From positions 10,240,530 to 10,301,954 of the forward strand of contig NC_069009.1 in assembly GCF_001194135.2 (NCBI RefSeq): a stretch of DNA of 61,425 nucleotides, given 5' to 3'. Every line of letters starts with the position of its first letter. The first letter of the stretch is position 1. The notes below the pieces were generated by a model. That model saw only the letters and a program-made list of their open reading frames with translations. It searched no databases and was not told the origin of the DNA. Position numbers and translations under genes: made by a program. The stretch is from Octopus bimaculoides (lineage: Eukaryota). Below are positions 1 through 13,778 of the stretch, in pieces.

Positions 1-1419
1 ATGTGATAATCTTCCTTCGTTTTTAAATCTCACGATATTTTCTAGTTGCAAATACAAATGTAGTTTTCCGGCTGGTAAACTACATTTTTATTTTTATTGT
101 TGCCGTCAGTACTTCTGTTTTTTTTCTGTTTCTTGTTTTTCGGATACTTACCATTTCCAAATCTCCTTCGGACTTAAGCATTGAGCTGAATATCTGAAGA
201 ATGTCCAAACTTCAATGTTACTCAAAGAGAATCAACACGTAATATCGCTCGTCAAAGTTTTTCTCTGATTCACTCATACAACAACATAAGAGATAGTTAA
301 GTTCTTTTAGAGACTCTTGTTGTATAAATGTGTCCGAACATTGAGAAAGATAATAAGATATAATCAGGATGTCATCAATATGCACAAATGATAACAAAAA
401 CAGCAGGTCTGTTGTTGCTGCCTGATTGGACTCTTTCCTTCATCTCATCCTCCATTACCTCAGTGTTACAGGTTCAAATCCTCTCTCTTCCTTTCATCTC
501 ATGTACAACTGCCTTTTCTCTCTCTCTCCCTTGTAGTTTCCCCCTTTCCTTTGATCCTGGGCTAAATACAGAATCATCCAACTGACCACCACCACTGACA
601 ATAGTATCTTTAATGGTCAGATGAAANNNNNNNNNNNNNNNNNNNNNNNNNNNNNNNNNNNNNNNNNNNNNNNNNNNNNNNNNNNNNNNNNNNNNNNNNN
701 NNNNNNNNNNNNNNNNNNNNNNNNNNTGATGATGATGATGATGATGATATATATATATATATGTATGTATATATATGGGGGGTGTCTTTGTGTGTATGAG
801 TGAGACAGAGAAAGAAACAGACACATCGCTTATTTCTCAATTCACAACCACCAACCCCATTCTCTATTACCATTTCCTGATCCAATCTCCAATGATAATC
901 CTTGGTTATATTATTATGTAACAAACACTATTCCCTATTCCGTCTCCTTTCATCCTCAAAGGCATGACCTCTCCATTGTAGAGAAGGTAATCCATCTCGA
1001 ATGTTGGCCATTGGAACATGGCATCACAGTGTGAAGAAGTGACCTATTGAGGAGAGGAGATATTATTCTTTATTAACAATGATGCTGGGTAGAAGAGAGA
1101 TCCGTAGACGATAAAATTTATAGTGCTGGTGCCATGGTAAATACATTCAGTCCATTCGAGAAAGAGTTCTGACTCAAACAGCTCCTCTCTGTCACACTTC
1201 TTTTATACGATATATATGCTTTGACGTTCTGTGGAAATGTCATAATAATGTTGTATCTTAGAATACCAGAGAATGGATACAATGTTTCCTTGTACTTATG
1301 TTTTGTATGTACAATTATATATGCATATACAAAGGTAACAGCATGTATCCATTGGTAGATCTGTTGGTATTTATTGTTAAGTGTTGCAGAATTCTAGCAG
1401 CTCTTTGATTCTCATAGGA

Positions 1420-1672
1420 ATAAAGGTCACTACAGAGGTGTGACTATTATTCAGGCAGTTGATGGTCATCTGTGTAGTGTAGTAATGTCTACTTTGGTGA
1501 GAAGAGTCTACTCTGGCAGCCAGCTACCTCCACACCTACTGGAATTGTCTATCAGACAAACACTTTGAACAATTTATTAATAACTATAATGTGTTGGTGT
1601 GCTGCCTCAACTGTGACAGCAATTCTTACCTCCTTTACTTCACCTTCATCATCAAAAGATGTTTCCTTATTC
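1420..1672 (+). repeat. Dispersed repeat with an inverted copy at about 19355-19606
   Basis: Shared blocks such as gtaatgtctactttggtgagaaga and actataatgtgttggtgtgctgcctcaactgtga; roughly 80% similar by eye. ORFs 1565..1747 (+) and 19276..19509 (-) share TIMCWCAASTV...LTSFTSPS. Confidence 0.8.
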
Positions 1673-1689
1673 ATTCATCATCATCATCA

Positions 1690-2270
1690 TCATCATCATC
1701 ATAATGCGATGACTGTTTTTTATGCTGGCATGGGTTGGACGGTTTGACAGGAGCTGGCCAGCTAAAGATCTACTTGGGTTCCATATCTCTTTTCACATGG
1801 TTTCTATGGCTGGATGCCCTTCCTAATGACAACCACTTTATACAGTGTACAGGTTGCTTTTCTGCAGCAGCGAAATGGATATTTGCGTGGCACCAGCATG
1901 AGTCATTTTTACGTGGCACCGGCACCAACCATCCCACAAGATTAGGTTCTCTCAGGTGAAGAGAGATGCAGGGGGCATACTTGTATGCATGGACAACCAA
2001 GACTTAGCTGGACATATCTTCTCAAGTCCAGCAAACCACCAAACCCTCGGTCCCTTGTCATCCCCTCCCCAATACCTGAAGCTCCTTTCTCACCACTTTA
2101 TTGCACACCTTCCTTCGTCGACCCCTTCCACACATTCCTGCCACAATTAGAGATCAGCACATCTTGATGCAGTTATCTTCATCCATGTGCATTACATAAC
2201 CATACCAGTGCAGTCTTCTCTCTTGCGCACAACATCTGATGCCTCATAAACCCAGTTTTTCTCTCAAATC
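1690..2270 (-). mobile_element. RTE-clade LINE 3' fragment with (CAT)n tail
   Basis: Reverse complement of the RTE 3' end seen at 12900-13130 (taggaagggcatccagc...agaaacc), ending at the (CAT)n tract near 1675-1700. Confidence 0.65.
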
Positions 2271-2945
2271 CACTTAATTATGGAAGCCTTATTGATCTGT
2301 TTGGATATGTCTGTGTGGCGTTGATTTAGTTGTTATGTCTGAAAACATTACCAAGTTCTTCTGTGTTGGCACTGAACATTTAGAACGGCTGCTCTTCATC
2401 GAAATTGCAACAACAAAATATTTGGAACAGATTCTCTCAATGACATACTGAAATAGTGTCAAAGATTTGTAAACTAGACATATCAAACCCCTTTAAAATC
2501 AAAAGAATTTTTTTAAATATATAAGAAAAACAGGAAAACAACTTCTTTTTGATGAAGAATATTGTTTATTTACATTGAGATGAATCACACAACTCTATAA
2601 TGTATGATGTAATATATATTTTAGAATATGTTCTGCCACTGTAGCTTGTACAATGTAATATATATTTCAAGCATTGGATTATGAATATAATTTAGTAATA
2701 AATTCAATTAGGGTTAAATATACAAAATATATTCAAGTAAAGGAAATAAACATTTGAAAGATTTGTTGAATCCGAGACATACAAGGTGAGACAACATAAG
2801 AATTTTAAATGGAGATTTTGTGTTACTTTTATAAGATTGCTAACATGTAAGAGTAACAAGTTGAATCAGATAATGTCATCATTGTGTGTGTAGGAGGAGA
2901 TGCTATTCCAGTGGAAAACATACACTGTCTCTAGTTTACTAATAT

Positions 2946-2951
2946 TTTATT
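2946..2951 (-). promoter_or_regulatory. Candidate polyadenylation signal (AATAAA) of the ANK-RING-propeller gene
   Basis: tttatt on +, about 290 nt past the TAA stop; a second candidate lies at 2565-2570. The region is AT-rich, so this is weak. Confidence 0.25.
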
Positions 2952-3237
2952 AACAATTAACTAAACAGAAATCACTATGCTAACTAACTTTGTTCAAGAA
3001 CCTTAGATATAACCTGCCATTTGATGTGTGGCTATTCCAGAAACATCATATCAAAAAGATGGGATATAGTAATAAAGCCCCTAATGTCAATGCTATATGG
3101 GGCCACATTTCTCAGCACCGATTCACAATATTTTAAAGCTAAAGTAATAAAAAAGTGTGCCCTAAAGACGTTATGTAAGTTTAATTTCCAGTTCCGTCCA
3201 AGAGGGTCCTGTGATCTCCGACAACAAACTGAAATAA

Positions 3238-5210
3238 TTATCTCTCATAATAAAAGAATCCATCAAAACGGTTATCTAAACATCCGTAAATCATGATGAA
3301 ATAATCCGAAACATGTATGGCCTTGATGTGGCAGACTTCAATTTCTTGAGAGCTGAGAAAGATTTCGCATTTGCTGTCTACAGATATTTGATGGATATTG
3401 TTATTAAAATCTGATATGTAAATATTTTCGCCATGGATGGTCAAGGATTTGTTGAAAATGTTTGGAAATGGTTCATCACTTTGAATCATTAGTTGTTGAC
3501 TCCTAACCAAATTGTCTCTATACCAACATAAATCGTAATGATCTTCCTTGTATTTAAGAACGACGATGTCTTCATTCGATGTCACACCCAATGCTACAAC
3601 CTTCCCCTCCTTCCCTAAATTCACTCGACCCATATACTCATACATTTCACCATAAATGTGAAGTATGTCTGCATATGACACAAACGGAGTATTACTACAT
3701 TCATTTCGAGCGTCTTCGAACACACATACCAGATTATTGTCATTCTTTTTGTACATTAAATTGTATGGTTTTTCAGTTGTGATCTTTTTTAAAAGACACA
3801 GATCTGTATTGAAGAACATCAGTTGTTTATCATCACGAATGAGGACTACAAAGGATTCATCGGTCCATTGACATATATCTTGAGCTTCTTTTTCAAATGT
3901 TTGACTGTAAAGCAGATGACCGTCTCCCCTGGTGACCATGAGAGTACATTTATGGAGGAGCACGACAATACTATTGTCTTGTAGCATAATTAGCTTAAAA
4001 GCATTAAGAAAAGAAAACATCAAATTTGAATCTAGTAAACCAGATAGGGAAAATGAAAGCGGAAACATTGCTGTTCTGTGTGGCAGTCTTCTCACTGATA
4101 TTTCATCAATTACTGACATACTCTCCGCTATGTAATTACCACGTCTCACTTCTAATCTACCTTTAGCAACTATTTCGTTTGATGTACATCTTCTTTCTCC
4201 TCCATCGTCACTGTTTTTAAGTTTATTAAATAATTCATTACTGAACATTTCCTTGTTCTTCTGAGATGTAATAGAAGGGAAATGAAGCCCAGAATCAAGA
4301 TTTGATAATGACATAGATTCCAGAACCTTCAGATGGTCCCCATCAATTTTTATAGTATCACATTCAATCATGTTGATATGTACACACCAGTAAATATTTC
4401 CCATTTTTCTCCATATTCCACCATAAGGTACTCGACTTTCCCAAACTTTATATTTCTCCAAGTCTTGTGGCTTCAATTGAAATATTTCTCGTCTGTTAGG
4501 GACTGTGATCAATATATTTGTTTCTCCAGTAAAACATACACCACCAACCAAACTTCCAAAATCTCTGTAACATAGCAACTTCCCGTCTTCATCAAATAGT
4601 TTAACATTTCCACTATTGGCTTTTTCGCACACAACTGTCTTTCCTTCATCAGAGATATCGATATCTTTTACTTGAACAGGACAATTGTTTATTTGTAACC
4701 GTGAAACGGGGAATTTTTCCCGATTAATCTTGTACAAACCTTCAATATACAAGTACGAGTCATAGCTTGCAACAAATCTCGGACCTTTACAGTTAATACT
4801 GTTGAAATCCAACGCACGTTTATAATGCCTTTCATTTAAGAATATTCTCTTGTATTCACCGTTCTGCAACAATGAGACAATACGATACTTTTTCGTGTTT
4901 TCATAGATGTTCTTCCGTCCAGTAATGTACAAATAAGTATCATCGGTTGCCATAGAGGTGTGTCGGGAATAAATGCTGTGCTTAAATAAATATAAATATT
5001 GCCCGTTAGGGTTCAGAATAGTGATGAACCTGTCGGTATTGACGATGATGTTGTCATTAGCAATAACTGAGATATGGGTGATATTGTATCTGTAGCGCTT
5101 CCAAAATAAGTCTATTTCTCTCATAATACGGACAGCTGACTGTATTTCATCGATATATATATAAAACAGGCAGTTTTCAATTTCGGGTATGAAGGCACCA
5201 CCATCAACAT

Positions 5211-5288
<78 letters not shown>

Positions 5289-8081
5289 ACACCAATAGAT
5301 TGTCGGATCGACAAGCGATACAATTGTATCTATTTTCTGTGTGGTAAGTTGCCAAGAACAATGGAAATTCCACTTTTAATGTTAACAGTTGATAGTTATT
5401 GGTCGTTATAACCAATGTGTTTGATCGCCAGCAACACATATGTCTTGGGACAACATTATTTAACTTGATAGAGTCAACAAGTTGACCATCAAAAGTTAAT
5501 ATCTTAATGTTTTGATTTGTGCTGTCATATAGAGCAACCAGGTTATTTTCTGTAATAACCAAACAACCAATCTCCATTGGATGTTTATCTCCAAAACTTT
5601 GAGGGACAACAACTTCATGAGCTTTATCAGAAACTGTGAGATCTTGTAGATACAATCTGGAAGACAACATTTCACTGAGACTGATGTTTCTAGAAAATAC
5701 ATCTACCAGATCGATGAACATGTTAATTTGACTGCTTGTAACGTGATCTCTCACTAGCAAGTCATGTTCATTTACAGCAAACATGCGGCTGTTGTCGATC
5801 AAATGAACACACATGTTATCAATACATCCACCATAGAGATTGGAGGGTGTTTTCACTTGGGACAGCAAAACACTGGGGACTATCTTACTGCTGATGATGC
5901 TTCTCCTCCTTCGCCACCTGCTGCTCCTGATGGTCTTGTAGAGGAATACTGTTTTCTTACCAACAATTAATAGCTTTAGTGTTTCGTTTTCTAATGATAA
6001 TGATTTCATTATAAAAGGAATATTAATTCTACGAATTCTTTCAACTTGATTACAATTTCTAATGGCTGAAATATCTAAATAAGATGGTTTATCGCAATAA
6101 CAAATAATGCGACCTTCACCCAGCTTACACACACGTACATAAGGCTGGTTTAATGATACACTTCTGACTGTCTTTGATAAGTTTCCGATGATCCTTAGTT
6201 GCTTCTCTCGAGGTAATGTGACACCTATCTGATTAGAATTCCATCGACATATATCTGTAGCTGTAGACGGCAGCGGTAATCTGGACACAATGTCTCCTTC
6301 ATTGGAAATGTATAACAAACAGTCATTATATATGTTGGACACCACCAACTGTCCATTCGCCAGTTGACATATTTCGGCAATGAGAAGATTGTCATTCTCT
6401 TTTTCTTCGAGACGTATATTTAAATTTCTATTATAAGGATTTTTAAAGGTTACATGAGAGTCTGACCAGTCATGGTACTTGTAAAGAAGAATCCGACTGC
6501 GTAGATCGTCTAGGACATAAGCTGTTCCTTGGAAAACAGCAGAGTGATAGCAAAAGTTTGAAGGAAGTTTCAGCTGCCATTTCCTTTGTCCAGTTGTATT
6601 GTAACATGTCATCAAAGACTCTCTCCTGAAGATAACAAAGAAATATAATGTGTCTGTGAAGACATGATGAGGGTAGCCATTGAACTCAATGTGTTTCTTG
6701 GAAAGCTCTTCACCAAAGCTTGAATAAAATAACAAGTTATGTTTCCGTTTGTCAACAACTACAAAATTAATTGGAGTAGCAGCAATGGTGACATTATCAT
6801 GTTCCAATGAAATTCTGTTTACAATGTCAACATGATCCTTTTTAATCAATAAAATATGTACCTCCACTTTACCTTCACTGGTGGTCAGAGCCAAACACCT
6901 ATTTGATATCATGTGACACATTTGAGTGTAATTGTTTCCGACGTCTATTAAATCACCTTTAATTAATTGTGGACAGGTAATATACTGAAGTTTCCTGTCC
7001 TCACTAAAAAGGACAAGAAATCTGTTTGAATCCATTCTACAAAAGACAGAAGGCTGGAGTTTAAATGTTAAACATTTTCCACCAAACTGTTGCCCTTCGT
7101 CAGTAACTAATATAGCTTTTAGATCCCGATATATAATTACTATTGAAGAGGCTGACATAGGTAGAATCGTTGTAATGTTGGAGGGATCATCAATATGGAT
7201 TTGGTTTATTAAGCTCGGGATATGGTCTTGGTGATGGTAAGACAGCTTAGGCCAAAAATCTTCATTTGTCCTAATAATATGCACAAGACCAAAACGGTCA
7301 ATCAAGTAAATATTATCTGTGCCCACACAAATATATCGAGCTTTTATCCCAATTTCTCTTTGTGACACAGAACCGTTCGGTGAAATCCTGTAAATTACAT
7401 TTCCATGCACAGCGTAAGAATAATTTCGATATACATTGAGGTCTATTGGAATATCGATGGAATGGGTCTTCAACTGAAACAAGTGTCTGCCATCTATTGT
7501 GTAACAGCTAATTCTATTTATATTTGCCAAGGCTACTAAGATATGATACTGTGGACCAACTGCTATTTTTCCAACTATTTCTTTCATACTAAATTTTTCT
7601 TCAACTTTATTTGTATCCCAGTCTATGAGATATATTGTCTTACTAAACATTTCAGTACCTACAAATGTAGAATGTTTGAAATAAGAAATTGTAAAGAAAC
7701 TATAATCCAGAGATTTTATGTGGAAACTTGTTGGATTAATGAAAACTATTTTCTTACGGAATGGAATTGTGGCTAAAACAGTGTCTTCACCAATTGTTGT
7801 CATGTCTGTGACATTAGAAGAACAATGAAAATCAAAATCACCGCCTGTTGTGGCACAACTTATCCTCAAATCTGTTGAATAGGTTACGATTCCATTGCGG
7901 ATTTCAACGATTCTTAAAACTGTGTTCATGCTCTTGGAATCATTATCAGAGTCTTTGGGCTGCAATATTTTGGACACAGCTGAGCAACGGGGACGGAATT
8001 TAGATGAATGCGACTTCATAATACTTTTACCATCAAGACGTGGTATCTGCATGTAGTGATCGTCAATTGAACTTGGTTCAT
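3238..8081 (-). CDS. Exon F (terminal, 4,844 nt): about six tandem diverged NHL/TolB-like beta-propeller modules
   Basis: Uninterrupted 1,604-aa ORF extends upstream to a strong acceptor (ttttatttctgttgttattgttattcag|AT GAA CCA) in phase 1, matching the RING exon donor. Recurring motif [DE]G.L...L....DIC.W....V.....KQL at about 7090, 6297, 5487, 4583 and 3920, with a weaker copy near 7800. Confidence 0.85.
5212..5286 (-). repeat. Perfect (AGT)25 microsatellite inside the CDS, encoding Ser25
   Basis: (act)25 on +, translated as LLVC-S25-NVDGG. Confidence 0.97.
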
Positions 8082-9639
8082 CTGAATAACAATAACAACA
8101 GAAATAAAATTATATTAAATTTCCAAAAGACATGAATGGGTTATATTAATTTGTAACAACAACTTCCTACATAATTCAAGTCACAAAAAATCAAATCTTC
8201 CCAATTTAACTAAAACATTGCACAACATTCCTAAAACACCATTTTGAAGACACTTTCCATTTCATTTCTTGTAGATAAACAAGGAAATAGCGACATCAGT
8301 GGGGTTACAGGCTGAAAACACTGATATACACCAGTGGAGTTTAGAACTGAAGAGCGATATCTGTGATGTTCTGGCAATGTATACCTTGACTACTTTAATT
8401 GTGGTCTACAGATGTACAACCACATGCTGTACAATGAGGAGATATCATATTGTAACCTGACTGCTACTACACTCTACCCCAAAAAACAAAAGTTAACTGT
8501 GTGATGTTTAAAAAGATGGAAGAATTGAATATTTGACGGGTTAGATCTGTGTGTTTTTCACTGAGGCTGTGACCAGCTGTGTATTGTTATATATATATAT
8601 ATATATATATACATAAAAGACCTGAGTAGCAATTACACAACCAGTGGTAAGATTTCTGATCTCTCTCTCTCTCTCTCCCTGACCACATGATAAACATTAG
8701 AAATTAGATAAGCCCCAGCACCAACTCTATCAATGAATGAAGTAAATAAAAATCGAGTAAACAAAACAGAAATTGCCTTTTTCCGATTTAGAGAAAACAA
8801 TTAATTGTTGATAATTAATAGTCAATAACTTGCTGTACTCCATTTTCTTAATTGCTGAGATAATTCTAAATGCTCTGACTTTAAATACCAATTAGTGTTA
8901 TACAAATATACAGATATATAGGAAACTATCGACAGCAATATAAAACCTTGTAATTACCCATGTGATCTTTTAGCAATTACTAGTGTTTACAGCCACCCAG
9001 AAACCTGTAATTATCCATTATCTCAGATGAGAGTTTGTCAGTGGAACTCCTACTTCAACATGTATGACTTTGATGTTTTTGTAAGTAATGCTGTCTTTAA
9101 TTAGCAGCCATTGCTACCATCATCACTACATTGTCATCATTTAACGTCCATTTTCCATTCTGGCAGGGTTTGTACGTTTTGTCAGGGCCTGGCTAGGGAG
9201 AAGAATGCACCAGGCTTCACTGTCTGATTTGGCAGGATTTTACAGATGGATACTTTTCCTAACACCAACAAACTTACAGTGTGATCTGGATCCACAAGCA
9301 TTGGTGGGGGTCACCAAAGAACTTGATTGAAACATGTGTCTTGTAGAAGAGATACATGGTTACCCAGTGAGAGGGGGAGGGCAAGAGAAAGAGTGAGAGT
9401 GAGTAACCAAGAAATGTTAATAAATCATTAAGCACTCTGTGACCTCACAAACTATTCAGACTCAGTCTCCATCATTTACTGTTGTCATCCTCCACCTCTC
9501 CCTCCAATCACTTTTTTTTATCCTTTCAGTCTTTGCATTCTGATTCTCCTTCTGTAATCCCTTCTTCTCTCCTCCTAAACATGTCACTTTCAGTGAACCA
9601 ACACATCATAGAGTAGTGAGGACTTTCTAATATCATGGA

Positions 9640-10044
9640 ATGTGACGCAACCTAACTACTGCTGGTGCTATGATCAAATGCTTCCACTACACACTGGAGG
9701 TGGTCGTTGGATGAGAGTTGACACCGTAAGTTTGAGAGGGAGGTTGAATCTTGCCGAGGACATGGTAATCTCTTGTAGTTCTTGTGTCACAATGAAATGC
9801 ATCCAGGACCTTTATAAAGTGGTTGGTGATAAGAAGAGCATACCACCATAAAAAGGCTGGAATGTTTAAGTGAGATGTAATCCTTAAGCAATCAATATGG
9901 ATAGTTCACTGTTAATAAGAAATGGCTTGGACAGTGACCACCCATCCAGTACATGGGAGCATAGAGAGCAGATGATAAAGGATGAGGATGATTGTACTGA
10001 AACTTGCAGAGAGCATTCTTCTTGAAAGCAAGCGAGAAAGAGAG

Positions 10045-10101
<57 letters not shown>

Positions 10102-11100
10102 NNNNNNNNNNNNNNNNNNNNNGCATAGAGAGCAGATGATAAAGGATGAGGATGATTGTACTGAAACTTGCAGAAAGTATTCTTCTTGAAAGCGAGCGAG
10201 AAAGAGAGAGAGAGAGAGAGAGTTTGTCTGAGCAGCAAAGCAAAGTCTTCTACTTGAATAAAGGCAATATTCAATGGATGTAATGGTTGAAGAGTGGATG
10301 AAAGGACAGTGAAACAACCAGGGTGTTCACAATTGGAACAATTTTCACCATCACATCTGGTTAAACAAAAGAGCCAACAACAATAATCAATCAGTAATCT
10401 TACTAAAAATGCAAAACAAACACTTTGTCATTAAATCACCTGATTACCTTTTAACAACAAAATCCTTTTGGTTCCCTATTCCAAAGGACAATATTCTTTT
10501 CTACACAAGGCCTGAAATTTTGGGGGAGGGGGCCAGTCAACCCTAGTACACAACTGGTACTCAATTTACTGACCCCAAAAGGACGAAAGGCAAAATCAAC
10601 CTTGGTGGAATTTGAACTTAGAATGTAAAGACAGACGAAATACCGCTAAGCATTTCACCTGGCATTCTGATGTTTCTGCCACTTTGCCACCTTCCCAAAA
10701 GACAATATTAACTCTACAGTGAAATGTCTTATTTTTCATAAATAATTTGCATTTTATAATTGTGAGACATTCCTACCATCAATGGTCAACTGTTGACCAT
10801 TAGGGTTTCCGACAGAACATCTTTATACTTTCTACAGTGGTACAATAAGTTTGAGAGGAACGTTTAATCTCTTGGAGGAGATGACAATCTTTCTAGAACC
10901 TGTGCCACAATGATATTTATACAGGGCCATTTAGAAAGTGGTTGGTGTTGGGAAGGGCATACCACCATAGAAAAGCTAAAACGTTTAAGTGTTCCTCAAC
11001 CAATCATGGTGGACAGTAACTCTAAATAAGAACTGACTTGGACAGTGACCATCCACCCAATCCATGGGGGCATGGAAATCAGATAAACTATGAAGAGAAT
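9640..11100 (+). repeat. Two old copies (about 9640-9990 and 10770-11100) of one dispersed repeat
   Basis: Shared blocks taagtttgagagg, aaagtggttggtg...cataccaccata and cttggacagtgacca. Confidence 0.6.
10491..10691 (-). mobile_element. tRNA-derived SINE, same family as 61143-61374
   Basis: gaccccaaaaggacgaaaggcaaa...ggaatttgaact...ccgctaagcatttc matches the other copies. Confidence 0.8.
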
Positions 11101-11729
11101 ATCATTTGTTGTATTGTATCGTGCAGCCACTATCTATCTTAAACAAAGAGAGAAAGATAGCTACCATGTTTAGGTCCACAACCAAATAGACTAACCCTCT
11201 CTTTAGTAAGATATCCTACATAATCTAACAACGTTCCAATTATCTTATTTAATTATCATTTGATAACACCTTTTGTCCATTAATTTAAACTTTCCTTTCA
11301 AATATTTGTGTCAAATCTCTGACAAGTCATTCTTCTCTCATCTCTAGACTTCACGAACCAGCATCCATCTCCTCTTTTACTTAATTCCAAAACATACACC
11401 TGCTCTCTTTGTTAAACGTTGCTGCTGATAATCGTTAATTCTAACTCCCCCACATCACTGTTCAGCAGAATGTTATCTGATTCAGGAAATATTTGAAGAC
11501 CTTTCAATGTCATTCATCCTCCTTAATAAAGCAGCTTTCTTTCCAGATGAGCAATGATTAATCCCAAACAGACAATGATAACAGGTGTCCTAAAACACTG
11601 TACCATTGCACAAAACCTCAATCACTACATATAAATGTACATCTACATATTATTGTAAAAGTAAAATATCTGAAATGGTACAAAAAACTGGTTCTCAGGA
11701 ATTTAGCATATTGCTATCAAACGTCATCA

Positions 11730-13130
11730 ATGCATCCAACTAAAGTGTCCAACCCTTTCTGTGATGTCCCCTCTATCAATGTGGAGGCTCTCAATAGGGT
11801 GAAAACTTATTTAGCAGCAAGTGTGAGGACATAGCTGATAGAATAAAATCTGGCTTGGATCCATTACAGGTACAACAAAGTCTGAATGTGTTAAGAGAAA
11901 CATTGGGTACAAGAGGCATCAGATGTGCAAGAGAGAAGATTATGCTGGTAAGAACATGAGATGTATGTGAATGAGAGGACAGAGGTGCTAAATGTAGAGA
12001 GAACCTCAGAAAGACGGGGTTGAAATGGGTAGAAATGATCTCCAGATATTGAAACTAACAAACAGTTATACATATTCTGACTAAAGAATATGCAACCTGC
12101 TTGATATGTAAGAAGGGTGGTGGTAGAAACTCCATACGATGTACCCAGTGCAGGTTTTGTACACATAAGAGGTGTGTGCTATCGCAGGAAGGTTAACAGA
12201 GAAAATGATCTTTGTGTGAGGCAAATATGTGGGTAAAATGAGCAATAAAAATGCACAGACAATAGACTCCCTCAAATGTTTGGGGAGATCATTAGAAGTA
12301 GTAGATAGCTTCTGTTACTTAGCATACCCAAGTTTACATTGGTAGAGGAAGTTCTGAAAGTGTAGTTGCTACAATGAGAACTGGCTTGGCAAAGTTCAGA
12401 TAACTTCTGCCTTTGTTTGCAACTAAGGGCCTCTCCCTCAGAGTGAAAGGCAGATTGTATGATGGCTGTGTACGTACAACTATGATACATGGCAGTGAAA
12501 CATGGGCTTTTGCTACAGAGAACTTGTAAAGATTTGAAAGAAATGAAGCTAACATGGTCTGCTGAATGGGTAATTTCAGTGCACATGCACGACACTGCAA
12601 ATGGTTTAAGAGGAAAACTGGGTATAAGAAGCATCGAATGTTGTGTGCAAGAGAGAAGACTGTGCTGGCTGGGTCATGTGATGCGTATGAATGAGGACAG
12701 CTGCATAAAGAAGTGCCAGGCTTTAATTGTGAAGGGGACCTGTGGAAAGGATAGACCCTGTAAGACACAGGATGGTGAGAAAGGATCTTCAGATGCTGGG
12801 CCTTAGTGAGGAAATGACATGGATTCGAGAGATGTGGCAATTTGCTGTATTCGAAATAACACATCAAGCAAAGTAAAATCTCTGTGTTTAAACATACAGT
12901 CTTGTCTTTTGCAGGTACCAGTGCCACATAAAATTCACCCATTTCTGTGCTGCCTAAACACACCTGTACAGGTAAAAAGCACCCAGCACACTTTGTAAAG
13001 TGGTTGGTGTTAGGAAGGGCATCCAGCAGTAGAAACCATGCCACAACAGACAATTGAAATCTGGCCAGCTCCATGTTGAACCGTCCAACCCATACCAGCA
13101 TGGAATACGGATGTTAAATAGAGATGACAA
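11730..13130 (+). mobile_element. Degenerate RTE-clade LINE, 3' half of ORF2 plus tail
   Basis: Frames read LEVVDSFCYL, TKGLSLRVKGRLYD.CVRT.MIHGSETW and ERRLCWLGHVMRMNEDSCIKKC. Confidence 0.85.
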
Positions 13131-13778
13131 TGACGAAATGATGTATATATTGTAACTTGAGACAATCTGGGTACACAACCCAATGAGAGATGGGTTAGAT
13201 CAAGCGACTCCAGCTGAAAACTTTAAGATGATAAAATCTTAAAGAGGACAACTTTGCAGAATATGTTGTAATTTCTACATTTTACCAACATTCCAAAACA
13301 ACTGAATTAACAGTGAGACTGGCTAAGAGTCAGACCCTTAAACTCTCAGTTGAGATTTTGTCATTGAAATTCTTACATTACAAAGCTGACTCTGATGTTG
13401 TAGGAAGTACTGTTGTCCTTAATTATCAGTTTCCCAAGATACTTATAAATCATTAACCTCATATAAAAGCTGACAAATGTAAAAAGTTGATATTTACTGC
13501 TGGGACCATGGAGATGCATTGATATTTCGTTTATGATTCAGTAAAATGCATTAGTCTTATGTTGCAGACAGTACTCTTTTGATGTGTGACAAGTTTCCAA
13601 CTTGAATAAAGACAATATTCAGTGGGTGTAGTCATGGATATACTACCAAAGAGAAAAGACACCTGGGACATCTTTTATCATATGTCTGTCAGATTATGAC
13701 AGATTTGGGTTGACACAACATTATTCCATACCATAAAGTCATGTGACAAACAGACAAATCATCAGATAATACTCTTAC

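Noticed and set aside
1-400. Possible piggyBac-like remnant (HIYTTRVSKRT on minus)
   Set aside because: Only one short motif with many stops; too weak to call.
5880-5945. Basic stretch RSSRWRRRRS in exon F as an NLS or furin site
   Set aside because: No signal peptide or other support; could be a variable surface loop.
3021-7776. Small plus-strand ORFs antisense to exon F
   Set aside because: Short, no recognisable motifs, expected by chance opposite a long ORF.
3238-8052. 1,604-aa ORF as a stand-alone intronless, viral or horizontally acquired gene
   Set aside because: The frame stays open upstream of the ATG to a strong acceptor whose phase matches the RING exon, and composition matches the host. 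It is better explained as a terminal exon, pending RNA evidence.
10781-10801. 21-bp near-perfect palindrome aatggtcaac-t-gttgaccatt
   Set aside because: Short, inside an old repeat, no independent support for function.
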